Program-made: the position numbers and the translations under genes
NCBI GenBank assembly: GCA_963758635.1
Contig: CAVWWD010000003.1
Location: forward strand, 768,001 to 832,000
Length of the DNA: 64,000 nt
Direction of reading: 5' to 3'
Source of the DNA: an uncultured Candidatus Rokubacteria bacterium
Lineage (GTDB): Bacteria; Methylomirabilota; Methylomirabilia; Rokubacteriales; CSP1-6
Shown: piece by piece, positions 38,706-47,273 of the stretch
Numbering within the stretch: position 1 is the stretch's first letter
How the letters are laid out: each line of letters starts with the position of its first letter
Notes under the pieces: generated by a model
The model's input: only the letters and a program-made list of their open reading frames with translations
Database searches by the model: none
What the model was told of the DNA's origin: nothing

Positions 38706-40765
38706 GTGCGCAAGCTCACCGGCTACGCGGGCGTCGCCGTCGGCGTGGTGGCGGTCGTGATGTCCGTCTACCACGTGTACGCGCGGCTGACGCCCGCGGC
38801 GCCGGACACGCCAGGTGCTCCGCTACATCGCGCTGGGCTTCTGCCTGGCCCTCGCGTTCCTCCTCTTCCCCGCGCGGTCCACGACGCCGCTGGACGAGGA
38901 GGGCACGGTGCTGTCGGAAGGGCAGGCGCCGGTCCCCGGCATCGGCTGGATGGACCTCGCGCTCGCGGGGCTGTCCGTCGCCTGCCTCGCCTACTTCTTC
39001 GTCAACTACACCTACGTCGTCGAGCGGTTTCCCACCGCCCACCCGCTCCACCCCATGGACCTCGCGGTGGGCACGCTCCTCGTCCTGCTCGTGCTCGAGG
39101 CGACGCGCCGGACGCTCGGGATCGCCCTGCCCGTGCTCGCGCTCTGCTTCATCGCCTACGGCCTCGCCGGGGCGTGGCTGCCCGGGCCGCTGCGCCACCG
39201 TGGGCTCACGTACGAGATCGTGATCGACCAGACCGTGTTCACCACCGAGGGGCTGTTCGGCATCCCGCTCGGCGTGGCCGCGTCGTACGTGATCCTGTTC
39301 ATCATCTTCGGCGCGTTCCTGGAGCGGTCGGGCGCGGGGCAATTCTTCATGAACCTCGCCAACGAGCCTCGCCGGCGGCCAGCGCGGCGGCCCGGGCAAG
39401 GTGTCGGTCATCTCCTCGAGCATGTTCGGCACGATCTCGGGCTCGGCGGTCGCCAACGTGATGGTCGACGGCTGGCTAGACCATCCCCATGATGAAGCGC
39501 AGCGGCTTCAAGCCCGAGGCGGCGGCGGCGGTGGAAGCGGTCGCCTCGACCGGAGGCCAGATCATGCCGCCGGTCATGGGCGCGGCCTCCTTCGTGATGG
39601 CGGAGTTCCTGGGCGTGCCCTACACGCACGTGATGCTCGCGGCGGCGATCCCCGCCGTCTTCTACTACGGGGCGCTCTTCGCCGCCATCCACTTCAACGC
39701 CGGGCGCTCCGGGCTGCGTGGGATCCCGCGCGAGGAGCTGCCGCGACTGTCCCAGGTCCTCGCATCCCAGGGCCATCTGCTCGCCCCGGTGCTGGCGATC
39801 TTCCTCCTCCTGCTCGACGGGTTCTCCGCCACCTACGCGGCGATCGTCTCGACCGCGGTCGTGGTGTACGCCTGGCTCCTCGGGCGATGGGTGTGGCCGC
39901 TCTTCGCCGCCGGCGTGGTGCTGTGGGTGATCGGATCGCCCGTGGTGGCTGGTGGGGCTCGCGGTGATCGGCCTCGTCGTCGCGGCGGTCCGGCCGGGCG
40001 GCCGTGGCCAGCTCTGGAGCCTCCTCGTGAGCGATGGCCCGCGCGCGCTGCGCTCGGGCGCCCAGCAGACGGTGCCCGTCGCCATGGCCACCGCGGCGGC
40101 CGGCATCATGATCGGCATCATCCTGCAGACCGGCCTGGCCATCCGCTTCACGAGCTTCCTCGTCGAGTTCGCGAGCGGCAACCTCTTCATGGCGCTCGTC
40201 ATCACGATGATCGCCGCGATCATCCTCGGGCACCGCCCTGCCGACGACGCCGGCCTACATCATGCTGGCCGCGCTGCTCATCCCGGCCCTCATCAAGCTC
40301 GGCGTCCCGCCGATGGCCGCCCACATGTTCGCGTTCTACTACGGCTGCCTCTCCGCGGTGACGCCGCCCGAGTGCCTGGCCGTGTACGCGGCGGCCTCGA
40401 TCAGCCGCTGCTCGGTGTGGGGCGCGGGATGGCAGGCGATGAAGTTCGCGGCGGCCGGGTTCATCGTGCCGTTCTTCTTCATCTACTACCCGGCGCTGCT
40501 CTTCCAGGGTAGCTGGGGCGAGATCGGCCTCGCCGCGCTGTCGGGTGGGGTGGGCGTGATCGCGCTCGCCGCGGGCCTCGAGGGCTACTTCCTGCGCCGC
40601 GCGACCTGGCTCGAGCGGGGGCTCTTCCTCGCCGCCGCCTTGCTGCTGATCCATCCCGGCCTCGTCACCGACGTAGCCGGCCTGGCGCTTCTCCTCGCCG
40701 CTCTCGGCTCTCAGCGGCTGCGCGCGCCCGAGGCTCCGGTGCCGGCCACGCGGATGGCCTCGTGA
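38706..40765 (+). CDS. TRAP transporter fused 4TM/12TM permease; several frameshifts
   Basis: LEATRR, EGLFGIPL, GTISGSAVANV, ASTGGQIMPPVMGAA, AAHMFAFYYG, VTPP. Confidence 0.88.
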
Positions 40766-40851
40766 GCCGGCCGAAGCTCGTCGCGCTCACCCTGGTGTGC
40801 GCCGCGCTCGTGGTGGGCACGATCGTCTACGGGGTGCTGCGCCTGTACTGA
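40762..40851 (+). CDS. Putative 29-aa single-pass membrane protein
   Basis: MSRPKLVALTLVCAALVVGTIVYGVLRLY; GTGA overlap with the permease stop; all third codon positions G/C. Confidence 0.55.
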   Translation: MSRPKLVALTLVCAALVVGTIVYGVLRLY

Positions 40852-40871
40852 GCGCGGCCGCCGCCCGGGGG

Positions 40872-42230
40872 TCAGTCGGCGTCGGGGATCCAGCTCCCGT
40901 GGAAGCCGAACGGCACACGCTGGGGCAGCGCGATGGTGGCGACCGGCTTGGCGGCGAAGGCGGTGGCGTCGAGGATGACGAGGTCGCTGCCGTCGCGCGC
41001 GCTGTCGTAGACGTAGGCCAGCACCCAGCCCTCGTCCTCGCCTGATCCCGGCGCGGCCGGCACGAACACCGGCTCGGCGGGCAGGCGCCCGGGCCCGAAG
41101 TCGTGGGTCACGGCGGCGCCGCCGGCGGCCAGATCGTACTTGATCAGCGACGTCCCCGTGCTCCGGTCCACCGCGTTCTCGGTGTAGACGGCGTACCCGT
41201 AGCGATTCGGCAGCCCCACCATGCGCTCGTCGCAGCGCGGGAACTCCACCGCGCGGTCGTCGAGCGGCTGCTCGCGCACCCGCCCGGCGGCGAGATCGAC
41301 GCGCCAGCGATGGAGCGCGGGCCGCGTCGCGGGCGCCGTCGAGGCGCCCCGCCAGAGCTCCGGGTACCGGACCACGTCCACCACCACCGCGCCGTCGGCG
41401 TCCTCGAACGCGTTCAGCGGATGGAAGACGTAGCACGGCGCGACGTCGTGCCAGCGCACGTCGGCGTTCGTCCCGCCCCGCGGCATCACGCCCACGCGCG
41501 CGCCGTACTCGTCGCTCCACCGGTACGGCATGGTCCCGGCCATCGCCAGCTCCAGGTCGAACACCACGGGCAGGTCCATGAAGACCACGTGACGGGTGGT
41601 GATCGCGAAGTCGTGGATCATCGTCGGGCCCGGCACCTCGATGACCTCGCTCTGCGCCAGGCGGCCCGCGGCGTCGGCGCGGTGGTAGGTGAGGAACGGC
41701 GGCAGGAACGAGTAGCCGAAGAAGTGGAGCTCGCCGGTGCGCGGGCAGAGCTTCGGGTGGGCGGTCATCGCGCTCCCGAGACGCCCCCCGTAGTCGAAGA
41801 TGCCCACGGTCTCGAGCTCCCGCGTGACCTCGGTGGGGAACGACGACTCGACCAGCGCGAGGATGCGGCCGCCGTGGGCGACCACGTGGGTGTTGGCGAG
41901 GGCCACCGTCCGGTCGAGCGCCCCGTCGGGCCCGAAGCGCGGCGGATCCTCCTCCAGGAGCTTCCGCGTGCGCACCCATCGGTTCCGGTACGAGACGGCC
42001 CGTCCGCCCGCGAGGTGGATGCCGTGGAGCATGCCGTCGCCCATGAACCAGTGCGGGGAGACGCCGGTCTTCGGGTTCGGGCCGTTCCGCACGTACCGGC
42101 CGCGGAGGGCCCGGGGCACCGCGCCCTGGACGGGGAGGTCGAGCCCGGTCACCTCGGCGAGGACGGGCGCGTAGTTGCCGCGGAGGTGGAACGGCAGCGT
42201 CTCGACGGTGGAACCCTCGGGGCTCGTCAT
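40872..42230 (-). CDS. Carotenoid oxygenase/lignostilbene dioxygenase family protein
   Basis: RNGPNP, HWFMGDGMLH, MTAHPK, MIHDFAIT, VFHPLNAFE, EFPR, PFGFHGSW (four Fe-binding His). Confidence 0.92.
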   Translation of the reverse strand: MTSPEGSTVETLPFHLRGNYAPVLAEVTGLDLPVQGAVPRALRGRYVRNGPNPKTGVSPHWFMGDGMLHGIHLAGGRAVSYRNRWVRTRKLLEEDPPRFGPDGALDRTVALANTHVVAHGGRILALVESSFPTEVTRELETVGIFDYGGRLGSAMTAHPKLCPRTGELHFFGYSFLPPFLTYHRADAAGRLAQSEVIEVPGPTMIHDFAITTRHVVFMDLPVVFDLELAMAGTMPYRWSDEYGARVGVMPRGGTNADVRWHDVAPCYVFHPLNAFEDADGAVVVDVVRYPELWRGASTAPATRPALHRWRVDLAAGRVREQPLDDRAVEFPRCDERMVGLPNRYGYAVYTENAVDRSTGTSLIKYDLAAGGAAVTHDFGPGRLPAEPVFVPAAPGSGEDEGWVLAYVYDSARDGSDLVILDATAFAAKPVATIALPQRVPFGFHGSWIPDAD

Positions 42231-43366
42231 GAACGTCCCTCCTCGGCGGCGGCCGCGCTCGGTCCGGGCGCCGGCGCGTCGCGGGCCAGGCGCTCCACCC
42301 GGACTCCGATCAATCGTATCTTCTTCCCCTTCGGGTTCTCCCGCGAGTCGAAGAAGGGGCCGAGGAGCGCGGCGACCTCCGCCTGGAGCTCGGCCAGCGT
42401 GCGGAGCGGCGTCCGGGACGTGCGCGCGCGGCTCACCGTGACGAACCCCGTGAAGCGCACGGTGATGGTGACGGTCTGGAAGGCCTGGAAGCCGTCGGCC
42501 TCGAACCTCCGGAAGACGTTGGCGGCCAGCGCGTGAGCGCGCCCCAGGACGAACGCGGGATCGAGGCTGTCCTCCTCGAACGTCTCCTGCTCGCCGACGG
42601 ACTTCCGCTCCCACTCGTTCGACACCGGATCCTTCGACACGCCGCGGGACTTGTCGTGGAGGTCCGTGCCGTGCTTGCCGAACCACTCGACGAGCCGCTC
42701 CGGCGCGACGGCGGCCAGGTCGGCGACCGTGCCGATCCCGCGCTCGCGGAGGAGCGCCTCGGTCTTCGGCCCCACGCCGGGGATCACGCGGATCGGCAGC
42801 GGGGCCAGGAAGGTCGCCACCGCGTCGGGCGCCACGACGGTCAGGCCGTCCGGCTTCTCGAAGTCCGAGGCGATCTTCGCCACGAGCTTGTTCGGCCCGA
42901 TCCCCACCGAGCAGGTCAGCCCTTCGCGCTCGAGGATGCGCGCCTTCAGCGCCCGCGCGTGTCGGGTCGCGCCCGGGAGGTCGCCCAGGGACGACAGCTC
43001 CAGGTACGCCTCGTCGATGCTCGCCTCCTCGAAGGCGTCCGCGCCCTCCGCGATGAGGGCCATGATGCGTCCGGACGCCTCGCGGTACGCGGCGCGGTTG
43101 TCCCGCACGAACACGACCTCGGGCTCGCCGCGCCGGCGCGCCGTCTCGGCGAGCCGCCACGCCCGCGAGATGGGCAGCGCGGAGCGGATGCCGTACTTGC
43201 GCGCGGCGTAGCTGGCCGCGGTGACCACGCCCCGGCCCGCGCCGCCCTTGGGATCGGCGCCGACCACGATGGGTCGCCCGCGGAGCTCGGGCCGGAGGCG
43301 CTCCTCCACCGCGGCGTAGAAGGCGTCCATGTCGACGTGGAGGACGATGCGCGCGGCGTCAGGCAA
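42227..43366 (-). CDS. dinB: DNA polymerase IV (Y family)
   Basis: LHVDMDAFYAAVE, AASYAARKYGIRSA, SIDEAYL, NKLVAKIASDFEKPDG, GVGPKT. Confidence 0.93.
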   Translation of the reverse strand: MPDAARIVLHVDMDAFYAAVEERLRPELRGRPIVVGADPKGGAGRGVVTAASYAARKYGIRSALPISRAWRLAETARRRGEPEVVFVRDNRAAYREASGRIMALIAEGADAFEEASIDEAYLELSSLGDLPGATRHARALKARILEREGLTCSVGIGPNKLVAKIASDFEKPDGLTVVAPDAVATFLAPLPIRVIPGVGPKTEALLRERGIGTVADLAAVAPERLVEWFGKHGTDLHDKSRGVSKDPVSNEWERKSVGEQETFEEDSLDPAFVLGRAHALAANVFRRFEADGFQAFQTVTITVRFTGFVTVSRARTSRTPLRTLAELQAEVAALLGPFFDSRENPKGKKIRLIGVRVERLARDAPAPGPSAAAAEEGRS

Positions 43367-43631
43367 AGCGTGGCAGCACGCGCTCGCCGAGCAGCGCGAT
43401 GGCCTCGAGGGCGCGCCGGTGCGGCATGCCCGGCCAGTGCACCCGGAATCCCATCTCCTGGATACCGAGGCGCTGCCGGTGCCGCTCGATCTGCTCCACG
43501 CAGTGCTCGGCGTCGCCCACGATGAAGCGGTCCTCGCGCAGCTCCTCGATGGGGCGGTGGAACGTCTCGCCCGCGGGCAGCACGTTGTCCTGGCCCCACT
43601 GGGCGTAGGGCAGCGAGAGTCCAAAACGCAT
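43359..43631 (-). pseudogene. Internally deleted LLM class oxidoreductase remnant (90 aa)
   Basis: LLM-type N-terminus MRFGLSL joined to an LLM-type C-terminus FIVGDAEHCVEQI..LLGERVLPRF; intact SD GAGGAGG. Confidence 0.6.
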
Positions 43632-43759
43632 TCGCGTCCTCCTCGCGGATGTGGTCCGGATTCTAGCGCAGGCCATTCATGAACAGGACGCCCGCGGATC
43701 GCCGCGCGGGTCAAGGTCCGCCCTCGCAGTTGCGCTGGATGCGGGCTGGCCTGGCGCGC

Positions 43760-44007
43760 TGTCGCTGTTCAGTGAGAATGTCATCCCCCTGGGGGTATCA
43801 GCACGACGGACGCGGTACAGGACGGACCGGCGTCGCGGGCGCCTGGTCCGGGCGCGTGCAGGGCGTGGCGGACGCGTCTCCGACGTGGAGCGAGGGTAAG
43901 GCCGCCGCTCAAGACTTGGTACCTGTCTTCGCGCCTGCCCACACCAGTGGGGGGATGACATTCTCACTGATCAGTTAGAGGGGTGACATTTCTACTGAAC
44001 AACAACA
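43760..44007. mobile_element. Non-autonomous miniature IS (MITE), IS1202/ISNCY-like ends, 15-bp target-site duplication
   Basis: Ends TGTCGCTGTTCAGTGAGAATGTCATCCCC and GGGGTGACATTTCTACTGAACAACAACA; perfect 21-bp IR 43769-43789/43950-43970; GCTGGCCTGGCGCGC at 43745-43759 and 44008-44022. Confidence 0.85.
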
Positions 44008-44147
44008 GCTGGCCTGGCGCGCTTGACACTCGCCGCCCGCGGAGCGCAGCATGGCCGTCGCGTCGCTCCGGCCGCGCCGCGCGCGCGGTGTCGTCGTGCC
44101 GGCATCGAACGATTGGAGGTCGAGACCACGATGATGGGAGGCGGTCC

Positions 44148-44828
44148 ATGCGCTCGTCGCTACGTGCTCTCTTCGCCCTCGTCGCGCTCACGATGGCCGT
44201 GATCCCCGCCGCGGCCGACCAGCTGTTCCACACCGCCACGTACGTGGAGGTGGTGCCCGGCGCCGCGTCCCAGGCCGCGTCGCTCCTGCGGGCGTACCGC
44301 GACGCGAGCCGGGGCGATGCGTCCGCCCTCCGCCTCGAGGTCCTCCAGCGCATCGACCGGCTCGCCCACTTCGCGATCATCGGGGCGTGGAAGGACGCGC
44401 CGGCCTTCGAGGCGCACGTCACTGCGGAGGCGACGCGGCGGCTTCGTGACGGGCTGGCCCCGCTCCTCGCCAGCCCCGACGACGAACGCCGCCATCACGG
44501 GCTGGTCGTGGCCGGCGCACCGGCCCCGGCGGCGGGCGCGGGAATCTACGTGGTGACGCACGTCGACGTGATCCCGCCGCGCAAGGACGACGGCGTGGCC
44601 GCGCTCACGCAGCTCGCCGCGGAGAGCCGCGGCGACGCGGGCCTCGTGCGCTTCGACGTGCTCCAGCAGACGAGCCGGCCCAACCACTTCACGGTGGTCG
44701 AGGCCTGGCGTGACCGGCCGGCCGCCGACCTGCACACCGCGGCGCCTCACACCCGTCAGTTCCGCGCGCGTCTGGCCCCGATGAGCGGCGCGCTCTACGA
44801 CGAGCGCCTGTACGCGCCGCTGCCCTGA
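44148..44828 (+). CDS. Secreted tandem ABM (antibiotic biosynthesis monooxygenase) domain protein
   Basis: Signal peptide; two ABM-like repeats (LEVLQRIDRLAHFAIIGAW..FEAH and FDVLQQTSRPNHFTVVEAW..DLH). Confidence 0.8.
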   Translation: MRSSLRALFALVALTMAVIPAAADQLFHTATYVEVVPGAASQAASLLRAYRDASRGDASALRLEVLQRIDRLAHFAIIGAWKDAPAFEAHVTAEATRRLRDGLAPLLASPDDERRHHGLVVAGAPAPAAGAGIYVVTHVDVIPPRKDDGVAALTQLAAESRGDAGLVRFDVLQQTSRPNHFTVVEAWRDRPAADLHTAAPHTRQFRARLAPMSGALYDERLYAPLP

Positions 44829-44840
44829 CCAGGAGAGACC

Positions 44841-45887
44841 ATGGCCGACGCCACCCGCCCCACGCAGTTCGGCAGGATCCACGCCCCCGACGAGGCCTGG
44901 CTGGCCCGCCAGGCGCCCGAGCCGATCCTCGAGCCCGACCTGCCCATGATCGACACGCACCATCACCTCTGGGATCGCCGCGGCCATCGCTACTTCCTGC
45001 AGGAGTTCCTTGCCGACGCGAGCGCCGGTCACCGGCTGGTCGCCTCGGTGTTCGTGGAGTGCGAGTCGATGTATCGCGCCGGCGGGCCGGAGGCGATGCG
45101 CCCGGTGGGCGAGACGGAGTTCGTGGCCGGGCAGGCCGCGATGAGCGCCAGCGGGCTCTACGGCGCGGCGCGCGTGGCCGCGGGCATCGTGGGTTTCGCC
45201 GACCTCACCCTGGGCGACCGCGCGGAGCCGGTGCTGGAGGCCCACGTGCGCGCGGGCGGGGGACGCTTCCGCGGCGTCCGCCACGCGGCGGCGTTCGACG
45301 CGAGCGAGATCATCGGCAACAGCCGCGTGGCCGGCGGGCCGCACCTCCTGCGCGAGCCGGCCTTCCGGGCGGGGCTCACGCGGCTCACCGCGCTCGGCCT
45401 CTCGCTGGACGCGTGGGTCTTCCACCCCCAGCTCGCCGACGTGGTCGACCTGGCGCGCGCGTTCCCGGGCGCGAACATCATCGTCGGGCACTGCGGCGGG
45501 CCGCTCGGCTACGGGCCCTACGCGGGCAAGCGCGACGAGGTGTTCGGCGCCTGGAAGCCGAGGATCGCCGAGCTGGCCCAGTGCCCGAACGTCACCATGA
45601 AGCTCGGCGGCATGATGATGCGGCTGGCCGCCTACGACTACCGCGCCAAGCCCGGGCCGCCCAGCTCCGCCGACCTCGCCTCGCTCTGGCGTCCCTACAT
45701 CGAGACGTGCATCGAGCTGTTCGGGGCGAGCCGGTGCATGTTCGAGTCGAACTTCCCGGTGGACAAGATGGGCATCGGCTGGGCCGCGCTCTGGAACGCG
45801 TTCAAGCGCATCGCCGCCGGCGCCTCGGCCGACGACAAGGCCGCGCTCTTCAGCGGCACCGCGCGGCGCGCCTACCGCCTGGACTGA
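44841..45887 (+). CDS. Amidohydrolase_2 family protein
   Basis: IDTHHHLW, FRGVRH, IVGHCGGP, CMFESNFPVD. Confidence 0.9.
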   Translation: MADATRPTQFGRIHAPDEAWLARQAPEPILEPDLPMIDTHHHLWDRRGHRYFLQEFLADASAGHRLVASVFVECESMYRAGGPEAMRPVGETEFVAGQAAMSASGLYGAARVAAGIVGFADLTLGDRAEPVLEAHVRAGGGRFRGVRHAAAFDASEIIGNSRVAGGPHLLREPAFRAGLTRLTALGLSLDAWVFHPQLADVVDLARAFPGANIIVGHCGGPLGYGPYAGKRDEVFGAWKPRIAELAQCPNVTMKLGGMMMRLAAYDYRAKPGPPSSADLASLWRPYIETCIELFGASRCMFESNFPVDKMGIGWAALWNAFKRIAAGASADDKAALFSGTARRAYRLD

Positions 45888-45899
45888 GCGGCTCGCCCG

Positions 45900-46529
45900 T
45901 CAGCCGCGGCGGCGGAGAGCGGTGGCGGCGCGGGCGAGGGCCTCGATGGCGTCCCAGTCCCCCGCGGCCACGCGGTCGGCCGGCGCGACCCACGACCCGC
46001 CCACGCACGGCACGTTGGCGAGCGCCAGATACTCCGGAGCCGTCGCCGCGGTGACGCCGCCGGTCGGACAGAAGACGACGTCAGGGAACGGGGCGCCGAG
46101 CGCCCTCAGCATCGCGGGGCCGCCCGCCTGCTGCGCGGGGAAGAGCTTCAGCGCGGTGAAGCCCGCGCCGCGCGCGGCCATCAGCTCCGACGGGGTCATC
46201 ACGCCGGGGAGCAGGGGATAGCCGATGCCCTCGGCGGCCGCGACCAGCTCGGCGGAGAAGCCCGGGCTCACGCCGAACCGCGCGCCGGCGCGCCCCGCCG
46301 CGGCCAGGTCCTCGACCCGCGTGATCGTGCCGACGCCGACGATCGCATCGGGCACGGCCGCGCGCATGGCGCGAACGACCTCGAGGGCCACCGGCGTCCG
46401 CAGCGTCACCTCGATCACCGGGAGCCCGCCCTTGACCAGGGCGCGCGCGAGCGGCGCCGCGTCCGCCGGCCGCGTCACGGTCAAGACGGGGATCACCGGC
46501 GCGAGAGCGAAAATGTCCCGGATGTCCAC
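45900..46529 (-). CDS. eda: KDPG/KHG aldolase
   Basis: PVIPV, IEVTLRTP, VGVGTI, LKLFPA, FCPTGGV, VGGSWV. Confidence 0.92.
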   Translation of the reverse strand: MDIRDIFALAPVIPVLTVTRPADAAPLARALVKGGLPVIEVTLRTPVALEVVRAMRAAVPDAIVGVGTITRVEDLAAAGRAGARFGVSPGFSAELVAAAEGIGYPLLPGVMTPSELMAARGAGFTALKLFPAQQAGGPAMLRALGAPFPDVVFCPTGGVTAATAPEYLALANVPCVGGSWVAPADRVAAGDWDAIEALARAATALRRRG

Positions 46530-46637
46530 GCCGGGAGCATAGAACAATCCCCGGTCTCCACGCGGTCCGAGAACGTTGACGCGGCGCCGGAGCCTGTGTT
46601 CAAATGTTGAACGCCAGGGCGCAAGCCCTGGCCGTCC

Positions 46638-47273
46638 ATGAAGCCCCACGTCGAGCGCGATCTCGAGATCCTCACGGCCATCGAGGAGGGCCGCCCGCTC
46701 ACCCAGCGGGACCTGGCGCAGCGCCTCGGCGTCGCGCTGGGCCTCACCAACCTCTACCTCAAGCGGCTCGCCACCAAGGGCTACATCAAGATCGCGGAGT
46801 TCCCGCGCAAGCCCGCGGCGCGCAAGCGCCTCCGCTACCTCCTGACCCCCCGGGGCATCGCCGAGAAGAGCCGGCTCACCTACGAGCACATGGCCCATGC
46901 GCTCGCCCTCTACCGGCGCGCCCGTCACACGCTCCGCGAGCGTCTCGCCTCGCTGTCCGACCGGGGCGTCAAGCGCGTGGCCCTCTACGGCACCGGCGAG
47001 GCGGCGGAGATCGCATACCTGACCCTCAAGGAGTTCGGCCTCGAGCCCGTCGCGGTCTTCACCCGCGACGGCGGCGGTCGGTTCCTGGGCGCGCCGGTCC
47101 GCGCCATCGCCGACCTGGACCCCGACGAGGTCGACGGCCTCATCCTGGCCACCTTCGAGCGGCCGGAGCCCTTTCTGGACGAGGTCCGGCGCCACGGCAT
47201 CCCGGCCGAGCGCATCATCACCATTCGGCGGGCCGCGGGCGTTCCCACCGTGCGACAGGGAGGGGCGGCGTGA
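46638..47273 (+). CDS. MarR-type winged-helix regulator (EPS-associated)
   Basis: LTQRDLAQRLGVALGLTNLYLKRL..KGYIK..YLLTPRGIAEKSRL. Confidence 0.85.
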   Translation: MKPHVERDLEILTAIEEGRPLTQRDLAQRLGVALGLTNLYLKRLATKGYIKIAEFPRKPAARKRLRYLLTPRGIAEKSRLTYEHMAHALALYRRARHTLRERLASLSDRGVKRVALYGTGEAAEIAYLTLKEFGLEPVAVFTRDGGGRFLGAPVRAIADLDPDEVDGLILATFERPEPFLDEVRRHGIPAERIITIRRAAGVPTVRQGGAA

